Positions 13,001-24,884 of a DNA stretch of 64,000 bases are shown one piece after another; positions within the stretch are counted from its first letter, which is position 1, and every line of letters begins with the position of its first letter. A program made the translations under genes and the position numbers. The stretch comes from Takakia lepidozioides (Eukaryota > Plantae > Bryophyta). The notes below the pieces were generated by a model. That model was given only the letters and a program-made list of their open reading frames with translations. It did not search any database and had not been told where the DNA came from. The stretch lies in assembly GCA_030704615.1 (NCBI GenBank), contig CM060731.1, forward strand, positions 84,692,001 to 84,756,000, read 5' to 3'.

Positions 13001-13865
13001 TAGGAGACTTTGCGGTAGTACCTTGTAATCTTTTCATCTCCTCTACTAGTGCGTTGTACATTATGTCCGCCCATTGTACCTCTTGTCCCTTCAGGCCTTT
13101 GAGTATTTCCTCTGTGAAGGATCTGCTCAAATATTGTTGGTTCTGTTTCAGGGCAATCAGAACGTTCAATACCTGGCCTATCTCTTTTAACCCTGGGTAC
13201 ACAGCTTTGGTACAAGCATAACCCTGAGTTTTAAAGAAACTCCCTTCTTGGAATAAGTCCCCTATTTGCAGTCTTGCCCTGTGTTCCTCCACATGCACCT
13301 GACCTGCTGGCAATCGAAACAATTGCTGGAGGTATAGGGGAGTAATCATTAATTCAACTCCCTTCACCGTTGTTGTTCCTGTCCTTGGCTCAAAGTTCTG
13401 CAAAAATTGTAACATGTACTGTCTATGGTGTAGTGTCCAATCTAGGCTTTGCAATCCTTCCAATCTCAGCTCCTCCAGTATCTTTATCGCCTGTGGGGTA
13501 GCCATCGTTTGTTTCTGCAGAATTGTGGTGCTCTTCACCCTGATTTCCTCCATTCCTCTCACTCTCTTCATTTTAGACTCACAGAACTGCTTTGGCTGTA
13601 ACAACTGCAGGAATGCCTGTAGTGCACAAAGCATAAACGTATGGTTGCCGCAGAAAGCTATGGGTAATTTCTTGTAAGCCTGCGGGGCTTGCAAGCATTG
13701 CTCAAGAGAAAAGCTCTGCTCTGTCATTTCGTGTCTATGCCACTGCGTAAGTAATATTGCGAGCGTATAGTCTGTTAGTTCCTCCATAGTTTCCAAGTTA
13801 TAGCATTTATGGCCTGTCCTGTCGAGACGCCCGTTACTCAGAACGACGCCGCCTCTTGCGCTCAA
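10029..13865 (-). CDS. 3' extra ORF of Gypsy B (>=1278 aa; plant-retroelement accessory-like N-terminal domain, acidic linker, coiled coil, aromatic C-terminal domain); function unknown
   Basis: Uninterrupted ORF between pol and PPT, conserved in element A. The likely ATG (MCDPSG, ~13987) is separated by a frameshift. Confidence 0.8.
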   Translation of the reverse strand: MSARGGVVLSNGRLDRTGHKCYNLETMEELTDYTLAILLTQWHRHEMTEQSFSLEQCLQAPQAYKKLPIAFCGNHTFMLCALQAFLQLLQPKQFCESKMKRVRGMEEIRVKSTTILQKQTMATPQAIKILEELRLEGLQSLDWTLHHRQYMLQFLQNFEPRTGTTTVKGVELMITPLYLQQLFRLPAGQVHVEEHRARLQIGDLFQEGSFFKTQGYACTKAVYPGLKEIGQVLNVLIALKQNQQYLSRSFTEEILKGLKGQEVQWADIMYNALVEEMKRLQGTTAKSPIIVSGPIIAQIILNSGILNAQERKEMGVFEPETTAMEEQGSSHSEGGLAAQPETKRQRRGKTVVADPLASRIPHDNVSQAHGQEGAQQHRQMLLLEAGPSEREEEVTSASQPLERLVTRSQVIHAAQPEIIDLESEGIDIPTTEQIVAEIEKGDLLYEYSGLVKETEIPEVQQLPKGNPEVHIIHTPVSEVPQAEGHDTVAPVIDEVVQEENPVGQWPEWLVRHHTVEDQEEQQQPHHDDPQQAMLMSSIGRTLNLLGTYVKSHVPITQLTALKEELRKEFEARLATECANKVDEEVTLKMKQDLGNTEMALQLAKQQLIEAGLAQDQLHEAHKQQLYQMQVQHESKLQELNALHTELQTVHNRMAIQCATFTTMLDQSTKEINSQAEKCTKAEEENVEQMKLIVDMKNTICRNEDTFKQYRQMEADQEKHIVELQQTIVANRNEIAVSNKAWKEANNLLAAYAQLVEPQAKRMEALQQQLELYKLREEQTLRGTTSSLVDNSLMQVWLAQGPVEGKAPRKLTQSEMNELRLQVQNIATTTIDNVYSRIAELQEDVDGLQTQVEDLTSNIDQRVYIPQEQLMASYLQARTLAFQSSQEVQEMPMIQEPVPPPPQQVSVPVAEPVVTTTTPQPPQPEVWGNAAFNPPKTPAAREYSRAMLMPFNQIPIMLDLAWKEFSPPQSFAHYYQIMRIWLPVATRTKVLPNNRHIEDHHFAQYWHEAGTMLRELVAFQVVHGLIYTKTKEIASIVMGCGLYYAACFLVRYHIEQQKMQTRFQSYSSGDHWVLPSVPPHMYLYDPKVMMQKDSQIRSWFQAACNHLSTQKFGLDDIFYKGHVAWKYLHAAPVIGTPLTWTDKELSVYTNFAVQRLHQVVKCKLPDMVGQHCMPQMIPQKVRKLKHLRGDEDSDTTVSSQNSFDMGEDYAIQMAEKKQRGSPMPERLPRYQPPEGLNYPGSDQPSPSTRDRPRARTHSPPRNSQRQQGAHSQRFATRKQ

Positions 13866-14115
13866 TTTCCCTCCATTTTCTTGATCCTTTCTCTGGTTTT
13901 CTATTGGCTATATCCGCTGTGACTGGATTTTAATTTTATCTTCTTTAGTGGACTTTCCCTCTTGGATAGTCCACTAGGATCACACATGTGACAAGAATTC
14001 GGCTTTTCTGTACTTGCCGTTCGTTCCCTTTTTCCGTACTCATTAATGGGCCTGGCTTTCATCCCTTTTGACGGCCGTTCTTGTCTTCTTTCTTTTTGAC
14101 ACCTGTCCTTGCACT

Positions 14116-17100
14116 TCATTGTCTGCTGTGTGTCGCGCCTGACCTCCACGTGTCTATTTTTAAAGTAATTTCCGTTTCCTCTTCCGTCATCCATTTTCCT
14201 GAAGTTATTATGTGTCCACTTGTCACTGATTCTATGGATCGTGTAACTTTAGTAGGCTGTGTTGAGCTGTGACAGGCTGTGTCATACTGTGTTACGCTGT
14301 GATAGGCTGTGATGCACTGTGGTAAGCTGTGATAGGCTGTGACACGCTGCGGTAGGTTGTGATAGGCTGTGTTGCGCCGTGCTGGGCTGTGATAGGCTGT
14401 GTCACGCCGTGATAGGCTGTGATAGGCTGTGTCACGTCGTGATGGGCTGTGATAGGCTGTGTTGCGCCTTGCTGGGCTGTGATAGGCTGTGTCACGTTTG
14501 TTTTGCCCACCCTGGTCATATATGCTGGGCCTAGCGACAAGTGTTCCATACTCCGTTCGTAACACTGGTGCAGCCCGTGACTGCTCTTGCGGTTCAACAT
14601 GCAAATCATGCTGCAGGGGTTTGTCATGGATACCACTGTACCCCTTCAACTTATTTGCATTGACTCTTCCCAGCATTTCTTTGTTAATGGTTTGTAACAT
14701 GGCGGTGTTGTTATCATACATCTTTTGTATGACATAAGGTCCTTTCCATGGTGATTTAAGCTTAGAAGCTTGAATCTTTCCTTTCTTTTGCAACCATAGA
14801 ACCAAATCCCCCGTCTTAAAAGTCTTTAACTTGCCTTCATCAAACTGTTCCTTTCGCTTCATCTGAATTCTGGTCATATTATCAGCTGCATCAGCACGTA
14901 CTTCTTCCACATGGTATAATTCATGTTTCCTGACCTTGATGGAGTCTTGCAATTCCATTCTTTTTCCCCACTCCGTTCTCATGGTAGGTAACAGGAATTC
15001 CACTGGAAGTAAGGCTTCCATACCATAAACTAATTGGAATGGTGTATACTTAGTGGTGACTTTATATGAAGTCCTGTATGACCATAAAGCTGTCAGCAGC
15101 TTTGTATCCCAATCCGTTCTGTTTGCATTGACTATCTTAGCCAAGATAGTACATAGTATTTTGTTGGTAGCCTCTGCCTGCCCATTACCCTGCGGGTAAT
15201 ATGTTGTACTCTTTCTATGCACAATCATAAACTCTTTAGTCAACAACTCAATGGTCTCATTCATGAAGTGACTTCCTTGATCACTGATAAATTCTAAGGG
15301 ACAGTCAAATCGTGTAAGTATGTTCTCGTACAGGAACCTTGCTGTGGACTTGGCTGTGTTGTCCCTCAAAGCTTTAGCTTCCACCCACTTTGTAGTATAA
15401 TCAGTGGCTGTAATTATGTACCTGTTTCGTGTATTCTTGGATGGTGGATTAATTGGTCCAACAAAGTCTAGTCCCCATTTCTGAAATGGTTCCGTAGGCA
15501 TTGTAGGATGCAAGGCCATCCTTCCAGATCTCTGCAAAGGTCCTAGCCTCTGACATTCATCACACTTCTGACAATACTCATGTACATCTTTGAACAAAGT
15601 AGGCCACCAGTATCCTGCGAGTAGTATCTTTCTACTGGTAGTCTCTTCTCCAAAATGACCTCCAGCCACTCCTTTATGAACTTCCTCCAAGACTTTATTT
15701 ACTTCATGGTGGTACAAGCATCGTTTTAGTACTCCATCAGGTCCTAACTTATACATTCTGCTTCCTACCATAGTATAAGGTAAAGCTTTGATAGCAATTC
15801 TCTTCCTCTGCTCCTTACTATAACTAGGTGGGCACTGACCATGAGCAAGGTAGTATCTGATTGGCCACTGCCAATCTAACCATTCATCTGCACTTCCTTG
15901 CACCTCCATTACAAATAAACTCGCATCAGGTAACTGATCGTCCACTCCTGTGGCGGCCTCTCCTGTTGTTAGTCGTGACAAATGATCTGCCACAAGATGC
16001 AAACGGCCAGGCTTGTAAATAACCTCGAACTCAAACTCATGCAAGATTATTAACCACCTCGCTATCCTTCCACTTATCAAAGGTTTGTTCACCAGATATA
16101 TCAGAGCCTGGTGATCCACATAAAACATAAACTTTCTTCCCAATAGGTAATGCCTGAATTTCTTGACTGCATAAATCATTGCCAATGCTTCTCTTTCCGT
16201 TGTACTATAGTTCCTCTCAGCACTGTTCATCAATCGGCTAGCATAGTACACAGGTGAATCTATATTCCCTGTAACATTCTGGGCTAACATCGCACCCAAC
16301 GCTTCTCCTGATGCATCGCAGTGAACATGAAATACTACATGCCAGTGAGGGTTAATCAGCACAGGTGTAGTTGTTACTGACAGTGTAAGTTCCTCAAACG
16401 CCTGTTGACATTCAGCTGTCCAGGCAAACACTGCATCTTTCTTCAGAAGCTTGCTCAATGGTGCTGCTATTTGTGCATACCTTTTGACAAATCTTCTGTA
16501 ATAACTGGTTTGCCCAAGGAATCTTCGTAGACTTTTAACATTCACTGGGGATGGAGAGGCTTTAATGGACTCTGTCTTCCTGGGATCCACAAGGAGTCCC
16601 TTCTTACACACAATGTGTCCCAAAAGTACCCCTGAGTTCACACAGAAAGTACACTTCTCTGGATTCAGGCCCAGACCTCTCATCCTGCATCTGGCCAAAC
16701 ATAACTCCAATTTATGCAAGTGCTCACTCTTAGAGCTGTACACACTGAAATCATCCAAGAATACCTGCATGAAATCATCCAGATACTCATGAAAAGATTC
16801 ACTTATCACTCTCTGAAAGGTCGCTGGTGCATTACAAAGTCCAAAGGGCATGACTTTGTATGCATAAGCCCCCCAGTCTGTGATGAAAGCTGTTTTCCCT
16901 TGGTCTTCTTCTGCCAATTGCACTTGATTATAACCACTGAAGCCATCCATGAATGAGTACATCTCATGGCCTGCCACAGTGTCTAATACTGCTTCTGTGA
17001 ATGGCAAAGGGAAAGGATCTTTCTTCGTACAAGCATTCAGCTTCTTATAGTTTACACATACTCTTAGTTTGCCATTCTTCTTGGGAACTATAACAATGGG

Positions 17101-17325
17101 TGACAACCAAGTTGTATACTCTATTGGGTATATAAACTTAGCCTCAGCCAACTTCTTAATCTCTTCTCCAACCTTCTGTGCGTAGTTGGGATTCATTCTA
17201 TACCTCGCCTGCTTGATTGGTACTGACCCTGGTTCCAGTTCAATCTTATGCTGACAGACTTCAGGTGGTATCCCTTTTAGATCCTCATAGCTCCAAGCAA
17301 ATACATCTCTGTATTTGATGAACAA
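14116..17325 (-). CDS. pol: pol of Gypsy B: reverse transcriptase, RNase H, integrase (no chromodomain); 5' end cut by a breakpoint
   Basis: 1069-aa ORF with WLSPIVIVPKKNGKLRVCV, FMDGFSGYNQ, VFLDDF, CDAS, GGHFG...CQKCDECQR, WGLDFVGP, SDQGSHF and GQAE. Confidence 0.96.
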   Translation of the reverse strand: MFIKYRDVFAWSYEDLKGIPPEVCQHKIELEPGSVPIKQARYRMNPNYAQKVGEEIKKLAEAKFIYPIEYTTWLSPIVIVPKKNGKLRVCVNYKKLNACTKKDPFPLPFTEAVLDTVAGHEMYSFMDGFSGYNQVQLAEEDQGKTAFITDWGAYAYKVMPFGLCNAPATFQRVISESFHEYLDDFMQVFLDDFSVYSSKSEHLHKLELCLARCRMRGLGLNPEKCTFCVNSGVLLGHIVCKKGLLVDPRKTESIKASPSPVNVKSLRRFLGQTSYYRRFVKRYAQIAAPLSKLLKKDAVFAWTAECQQAFEELTLSVTTTPVLINPHWHVVFHVHCDASGEALGAMLAQNVTGNIDSPVYYASRLMNSAERNYSTTEREALAMIYAVKKFRHYLLGRKFMFYVDHQALIYLVNKPLISGRIARWLIILHEFEFEVIYKPGRLHLVADHLSRLTTGEAATGVDDQLPDASLFVMEVQGSADEWLDWQWPIRYYLAHGQCPPSYSKEQRKRIAIKALPYTMVGSRMYKLGPDGVLKRCLYHHEVNKVLEEVHKGVAGGHFGEETTSRKILLAGYWWPTLFKDVHEYCQKCDECQRLGPLQRSGRMALHPTMPTEPFQKWGLDFVGPINPPSKNTRNRYIITATDYTTKWVEAKALRDNTAKSTARFLYENILTRFDCPLEFISDQGSHFMNETIELLTKEFMIVHRKSTTYYPQGNGQAEATNKILCTILAKIVNANRTDWDTKLLTALWSYRTSYKVTTKYTPFQLVYGMEALLPVEFLLPTMRTEWGKRMELQDSIKVRKHELYHVEEVRADAADNMTRIQMKRKEQFDEGKLKTFKTGDLVLWLQKKGKIQASKLKSPWKGPYVIQKMYDNNTAMLQTINKEMLGRVNANKLKGYSGIHDKPLQHDLHVEPQEQSRAAPVLRTEYGTLVARPSIYDQGGQNKRDTAYHSPARRNTAYHSPSRRDTAYHSLSRRDTAYHSPARRNTAYHNLPQRVTAYHSLPQCITAYHSVTQYDTACHSSTQPTKVTRSIESVTSGHIITSGKWMTEEETEITLKIDTWRSGATHSRQ

Positions 17326-17326
17326 G

Positions 17327-18081
17327 CCAATTGAGAATTGGAAGCACAGAACTAACTGATGTACTGATAGATGGTGGTTCTGGAGTAAATATCATGACAG
17401 ACCAATTAAGGAAGAAGCTTGGTCTAAGTAACATGAAACCAGCCCCATTTACAGTAACAATGGCAGATCAAAGAAGTGTGCAGCCATTGGGATTAATAAG
17501 AGGAGTTAAGATACAGATACAGAAAATGATCTTTATGATCACAGTAACTGTATTAAAAATGGATGAAGTCATGGAGGCTTACTCCTTATTATTGGGACGT
17601 CCGTGGCTGAAACAGGCCAGGGTATTCCATGACTGGAATTCTCAGTTACTAACCGTGCATAATGGGATGCACGAGATACAAATTACCACTAAGAAATCTA
17701 ATAGATTACCTGCTACGAGAAGACCTCGAGGGATCAGAGAGTATGATTGGAGGGGAGGACTGGATGAGGAGCAGGAAGCTACCCTGTTCGCTGCACACCC
17801 AGAGTGGGAGCAGGTTGCAGAGATGCGACTGGAAGGCCTAAGTTGTTTAAGAGGTATCTGCTGTGGTGTAGTGTCGGCAACACCAATTGAAGAGGAAACC
17901 AGCAGTTACCCACCACATTTCTATGAAGAAAAGGAGGGAGAGATGGAAATCCTAGAAGAACCAGCCACTGTGAGCTTACAGGATGAAGTGGTGACTGGTT
18001 GGACAATCACAGCTGATGAGCAAGTGAGAGAAGTAAATGTGGGAACTCAGGAAGAACGAGGATGGTGAAAGTAGGAGCTGA
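17327..18081 (+). pseudogene. Aspartic protease and linker segment of Gypsy gag-pol, inverted relative to pol
   Basis: VLIDGGSGVNIM ... LLLGRPWL. Ends at MVKVGAD, which normally precedes LEPEFFEEAKSLFIKY (compare 59730-59800). Confidence 0.9.
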
Positions 18082-18559
18082 TGGAGCACAACAATACTCT
18101 CGACAACAAGGCCGTTTGAGTCCTTCATTTCCTCCTCCAAAAAAACCGATCCCGGTTTCAGGTGGTATCGAACGCACAGATATTTCTCCATCACCCGACA
18201 GATGTCCCCTCTGCACGGAAATGAAGCTCTATGCTCGTGAGGAGGGCAGTACACTGTAGCGCTCGGGTTTTCCGCCATGGGAGATGTGCACACAAGACTG
18301 CCAGGATGGCGTGCGGGCAAGCTCCCTGGTAGAAGGGGGATGCAGCGATGGGAAGGAATGCGGTGCCGATTTGTCCGAGCGACGAAGCCTGATCCAAATA
18401 AAAAATCCACAGTCAGAGTGTTAATGAACCTTGTCTCCGGAATGCGGCCCCTGGTCTTTGCGCAATAACTGCCAACGGTATGCAGTCAGAAAGTGGGGGG
18501 CCGTCCGGATGATGTCGGCTGAAGGGGAGAAGCCGGCACCGTGCCGTCACATTACTACC

Positions 18560-19790
18560 CCCGAATGGAAATTCGGCACCGAATATCCAACAGGGGCCGC
18601 ACGGATGAAGTCGTCTGGGGCAGAGATGCCGGCACCTGTCCGACAGAGAACATCCCCCGGATGGAAATTCAGCGCCGAATTTCCATTCGGATCCCCCCAA
18701 AGGAAGTCCTGTCGGGGGGTCACGCCGAAAACTGGCCGACATAAAAACCTCCGCGGATGGAAAAACGGCGCCGAATTTCCATCCGAGGCCTTTCGGATGC
18801 AGTCGGCTCGGGGGAAAGGCCGCCATCTGGCCCTCACATTACAACCCCCGGACAGAAATTCGGCACCGATATACAACAGGGGAAGCCCGGATGAAGTCGC
18901 CTCGGGCGCAGAAGCCGGCGCGTGTGCGACAGAGAATATCCCCTGGATGGAGATTCGACGCCGAATTTACATCCGGGCCCCCCCAAAGGAAGTCGTGTCG
19001 GGGGGTCAGGCCGAAAACTGGCCGCAATAAAAACATCCCCAGATGGAAAAACGACGCCGAATTTCCATCCGGGGCGGTTCGGATGCAGTCAGGGAGGGGG
19101 GAGAGGCCGGCACCTGGCCGTCACATTTCAACCCCCGGACGGAAATTCGGCACCGAATATCCAACAGGGGACGCCCGGATGAAGTCGCCTCGGGCGTAGA
19201 GGTCGGCACATGTTCGACAGAGAGCATCCCCTGGATGGAGATTCGGCGCCCAATTTCCATCCGGGCCCCCCCAAAGGAAGTCGTGTCGGGGGGTCAGGCC
19301 GAAAACTGGCCGACATAAAAACCTCCCCAGATGAAAAAACGGCGCCGAATTTCCATCCGGGGCGGTTCGGATGCAGTCGGGGAGGGGGGAGAGGCCGGCA
19401 CCTGGCCGTCACATTTCAACCCCCGGACGGAAATTCGGCACCGAATATCCAACAGGGGACGCCCGGATGAAGTCGCCTCGGGCGTAGAGGTCGGCACGTG
19501 TTCGACAGAGAGCATCCCCTGGATGGAGATTCGGCGCCCAATTTCCATCCGGGCCCCCCCAAAGGAAGTCGTGTCGGGGGATCAGGCCGAAAACTGGCCG
19601 ACATAAAAACCTCCCCAGATGGAAAAACGGCGCCGAATTTCCATCCGGGGCCGTTCCAATGCAGTCGGGGAGGGGGGAGAGGCCGGCACCTGGTCGTCAT
19701 ATTTCAAACCCCGGACGGAAATTCGGCACCGAATATCCAACAGAGCGGCGGAGAGGTCGGCACCTCTCCGACAGAGACCATCCCCCAGAT
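18560..19790. repeat. 288-bp tandem repeat (about 4 units), each with three CGGC(G/A)CCG-centred palindromes; also at 22620-23200 and inverted at 54300-54800
   Basis: Identical motifs recur at a 288-bp offset (e.g. 19006/19294, 19043/19331). Confidence 0.9.
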
Positions 19791-19949
19791 GGAAATTCGG
19801 CGCCGAATTTCCATCGGGGCCCCTTGAAGGAAGTCGCGGAAACCTCCTAGAATGGAAAAACGGCGCCGAATTTCCGTCCGAGGCTGTTCCGATTTGCCTC
19901 TAGCAGTGAAGGATTCCAAGAAAAATCCGAAAAATCAATCGGACACGCT

Positions 19950-20690
19950 CAGAATTACCTGCAGGAAGGTAATTCAGCGCTTCGAAATTCCTGGCGAATG
20001 GAAATTCGGCGCCGGATTTCCATCCACCCGGGATTCGAATTACCTGCAGGATGGAAATTCGGCGCCGGATCTCCATCCATCCGCTCTCCGACCAACCTTG
20101 CGGATGGAAATCCGGCGCCGGATTTCCATCCATCCACTTCGAAATTACCTGCGTGAGGGAAATTTCGCGCGCCGCCCTACCTGCGCGGATGGAAATCCGG
20201 CGTCGGATTTCCATCCATCCGCTTCAGAATTACCTGCGTGAGGGAAATTTGGCGCGTCGCCCTACCTGCGCGGATGGAAATACGGCGCCGGATTTCCATC
20301 CATCCGCTTCTGAATTACCTGCGTGAAGGAAATTTGGCGCGCCGCCCTACTGAATTTGCAGCGCCGACTTACCTGGAGGATGGAAATCCGGCGCCGGATT
20401 TCCATCCATCCACGCTCCGAATTACCTGCATGATGGAAATTTTGCGCGCCGACCTACCTGGCGGATGGAAATCCGGCGCCGGATTTCCATCCATCCGCTC
20501 TTCGAATTACCTGCATGACGGAAATTTTGCGCGCCGACTTAGCTTGCGGATGGAAATCCGGCGCCGGATTTCCATCCATCCGCTCTTCGAATTACCTGCA
20601 TGACAGAAATTTTGCGCGCCGACTTACCTGGCAGATGGAAATCCAGTGCCGGATTTCCATCCATCCGCTCTTTGAATTACCTGCATGACT
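19950..20690. repeat. Array of GGATGGAAAT(T/C)CGGCGCCG(A/G)ATTTCCATCC palindromes alternating with GAATTACCTGC; duplicated at ~23300-24065
   Basis: Directly visible, e.g. perfect 30-bp palindrome at 20102-20131. Confidence 0.92.
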
Positions 20691-21137
20691 GGAAAAATGG
20701 CGCCGAATTTCCGATTTTGGTGCCAGTCAGATCTGGGACTTAGCCATTTTCGGCCCCGAACTGGAAAAATGGTGCCGAAAAAAAAAAACAAAAAACAAAA
20801 AACAAAAAAAAAAACGCCATTTTTCTAGTTCGGGGCCGAAAACGGCTAAGTCCCAGATTTGACTAGCACCCAAAATCGGAAATTCGGCGCCGTTTTTCCA
20901 GTTCTGGGCCCAGTCAGATCTGGGACTTAGCCATTTTCGGCCCCGAACAGGAAAAATGGCGCCGGAAAAAAAACCAAAAAAAAAAACGCCATTTTTCCTG
21001 TTTGGGGCCGAAAACGACTAAGTCCCAGATCTGACTGGCACCCAAAATCGAAAATTCGGCGCCGTTTTTCCAGTTCTGGGCCCAGTCAGATCTGGGACTT
21101 AGCCGTTTTCGGCTCCGAACGGGAAAAATGGCGCAGG

Positions 21138-21171
<34 letters not shown>

Positions 21172-24064
21172 AGTTCGGGCCCGAAAACGGCTAAGTCCCA
21201 GATCTGACTAGCACCCAAACTCGGAAATTCGGCGCCATTTTTCGAGTTCGGGGCCTAGTCAAATCTAGGACTTCGCCATTTTCGGCCCCGAGATGGAAAA
21301 ATGGCCATTTTTCCAGTTCAAGGCCCCGAAAATGGCGAAGTCCCTACGATGGCTGGAACCGCAACTGGAAATTCGGCACCATTTTTCCAGTTCCGCGCCC
21401 TGTCAGATCTGGGACTTAGCCATTTTCGGCCCCGAAATGGAAAAATGGCGTCCCAAACAGATAATTGGAGAGATGGAGAGAGGGGGCACCCACCATCCAA
21501 CCCCTGGTATGGCAGTCCCTTATGGAGTGTTAACTTCCCCCATCTCCTTAAGAGCGCCGCTGCTTCATGAATGCGAAAGATTGCAGGCAAACACAGCAGT
21601 AGGTCGTTTGCCAGCACGGGAAATGGAAGTACCTGCCGCCATCGCGCATTAAAAAAACGAAACGTGCGCAGGCCGTGCTGCTCGAGCACTCAGCCGCCAT
21701 GATCGCCCTCCACCAGAGAAAACAAGCACGAGTTACATCCTCGGTGGTAAAGTTCAAGACAATAAATCATCCAGTTAGGGAGTGTACCTGGCATAGTTTT
21801 CATCCGGTATGGATGAAATCCAAAACATATTCCATTAGGGATTAGAAAGAAGGTATTTCCAAACCAGATAGGCTTAGGAAAAATTGTAAAGATGCAATTT
21901 TCCTCAAGTCTCCCATTTTGTTGCATTCTATTGTGATCTCTTGAGATTCAGATGTTGAACGCCGCAGCGTCCCACTCCACAAACGATTAAGGTTCTTAGT
22001 GGTGTCGCATCTCTGTTCTTCTTTTGATCAATTTGCTCACAGTAGAATGCACGTTGAGCAACTGTGAAGACCTGCTACTCACCTGGTGCATCCTCACTAA
22101 CACCCATCTTGATGTGGTGGTTTTGGGGACGGGCACAGGTGAGGGTCTTCACTTAATATGTATTTTTGAACAGTTTGCAGATAATCAAAAGACTTGGCGA
22201 TGGTGACGATTGACGCTGAATACTGCTTAAGTGGGGCATCCGATACGACTCTTTTTTTGTTTTTTTATGATTGCAACCAACTGCTTCTGTTGAACAATAT
22301 GGCAATCTGCTGAGCTTTATAGAATACATACGTTATATTAAGACTCGGGGGTTTTTAACCTGATTATAAGTCAGTTTTTCTAGCATGATACCAGTATGAA
22401 CTTTGGCATCATATTGATATGGTGTTGGAGTAACATCTCCAGACCTAAAGCTATCCGTCATTTTTCCAGTTCGGGGCCGAAAATGGCTAAGTCCCTAGGG
22501 TGGCTGGCACCAAAATTGGAAATTCGGCGCCATTTTTCCAGTTCCGGGCCCAGTCAGATCTAGGACTTAGCCATTTTCGGCCCCGAACTGGAAAAATGGC
22601 ACTGAAAAAAAAAAAAAAACGCCCCCCAAAGGAAGTCGTGTCGGGGGTCAGGCCGAAAACTGGCCGACATAAAAACCTCCCCAGATGAAAAAACGGCACC
22701 GAATTTCCATCCGGGGCGGTTCGGATGCAGTCGGGGAGGGGGGAGAGGCCGGCACCTGGCCGTCACATTTCAACCCCCGGACGGAAATTCGGCACCGAAT
22801 ATCCAACAGGGGACGCCCGGATGAAGTCGCCTCGGGCGTAGAGGTCGGCACGTGTTCGACAGAGAGCATCCCCTGGATGGAGATTCGGCGCCGAATTTCC
22901 ATCCGGGCCCCCCCAAAGGAAGTCGTGTCGGGGGATCAGGCCGAAAACTGGCCGACATAAAAATCTCCCCAGATGGAAAAACGGCGCCGAATTTCCATCC
23001 GGGGCCGTTCCAATGCAGTCGGGGAGGGGGGAGAGGCCGGCACCTGGCCGTCATATTTCAAACCCCGGACGGAAATTCGGCACCGAATATCGAACAGAGC
23101 GGCGGAGAGGTCGGCACCTCTCCGACAGAGACCATCCCCCAGATGGAAATTCGGCGCCGAATTTCCATCGGGGCCCCCTTGAAGGAAGTCGCAGAAACCT
23201 CCTAGAATGGAAAAACGGCGCCGAATTTCTGTCCGAGGCTGTTCCGATTTGCCTCTAGCAGTGAAGGATTCCAAGAAAAATCCGAAAAATCAATCGGACA
23301 CGCTCAGAATTACCTGCAGGAAGGTAATTCAGCGCTTCGAAATTCCTGGCGAATGGAAATTCGGCACCGAATATCCATACGCCAGCGATCCGACTTACCT
23401 CCTGGATGGAAATTCGGCGCCGGATTTCCATCCAGCCGGGATTCGAATTACCTGCTGGATTGGAATTCGGCGCCGGATTTCCATCCACCCGGGATTCGAA
23501 TTACCTGCTGGATGGAAATTCGGCGCCGGATCTCCATCCATCCGCTCTCCGACCAACCTTGCGGATGGAAATCCGACGCCGGATTTCCATCCATCCGCTT
23601 CCAAATTACCTGCGTGAGGGAAATTTCGCGCGCCGCCCTACCTACGCGGATGGAAATCCGGCGTCGGATTTCCATCCATCCGCTTCGGAATTACCTGCGT
23701 GAGGGAAATTTGGCGCGTCGCCCTACCTGCGCGGATGGAAATACGGCGCCGGATTTCCATCCATCCGCTTCCGAATTACCTGCGTGAAGGAAATTTGGCG
23801 CGCCGCCCTACCGAATTTGCAGCGCCGACTTACCTTGAGGATGGAAATCCGGCGCCGGATTTCCATCCATCCGCGCTCCGAATTACCTGCATGACGGAAA
23901 TTTTGCGCGCCGACCTAGCTGGCGGATGGAAATCCGGCGCCGGATTTCCATCCATCCGCTCTTCGAATTACCTACATGACGGAAATTTTGCGCGCCGACT
24001 TAGCTGGCGGATGGAAATCCGGCGCCGGATTTCCATCCATCCGCTCTTCGAATTACCTGCATGA

Positions 24065-24842
24065 CTGGAAAAATGGCGCCGAATTTCCGATTTTGGTGCC
24101 TGTCAGATCGGGGACTTAGCCATTTTCGGCCCCGAACTGGAAAAATGGTGCCGAAAAAAAAAAAAAAACAAAAAAAAAAAAAACGCCATTTTTCTTGTTC
24201 GGGGCCGAAAACGGCTAAGTCCCAGATCTGACTGGCACCCAAAATCGGAAATTCGGCGCCGTTTTTCCAGTTCTGGGCCCAGTCAGATCTGGGACTTAGC
24301 CATTTTCGGCCCCGAACTGCAAAAATGGCAAAGGAAAAAAAAAAAAAAACGCCATTTTTCCAGTTTGGGGCCGAAAACGGCTAAGTCCCAGATCTGACTG
24401 GCACCCAAAATCGGAAATTCGGCGCCATTTTCCCAGTTCTGGCCCAGTCAGATCTGGGACTTAGCCATTTTCGGCCCCAAACTGCAAAAATGGCAAAGAA
24501 AAAAAAATTAAAAAAAAATAAAACGCCATTTTTCCAGTTTGGGGCCGAAAATGGCTAAGTCCCAAATCTGACTGGCACCCAAAATCGGAAATTCAGCGCC
24601 GTTTTTCCAGTTCTGGGCCCAGTCAGATCTGGGACTTAGCCATTTTCGGCCTCGAACTGGAAAAATGGCGCTGGAAAAAAAAACAAAAATCGCCATTTTT
24701 CCAGTTCGGGGCCGAAAACGGCTAAGTCCCAGATCTGACTGGCACCCAAAACCGGAAATTCGGCGCCATTTTTCCAGTTCTGGAACAAGTCAGATCTGGG
24801 ACTTAGCCATTTTCGGCCCCGAACTGGAAAAAATGGCGCCGG

Positions 24843-24884
<42 letters not shown>

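Noticed and set aside
10029-13865. Calling the extra ORF a true envelope protein
   Set aside because: No signal peptide is evident and there is only one weakly hydrophobic stretch; position alone is insufficient.
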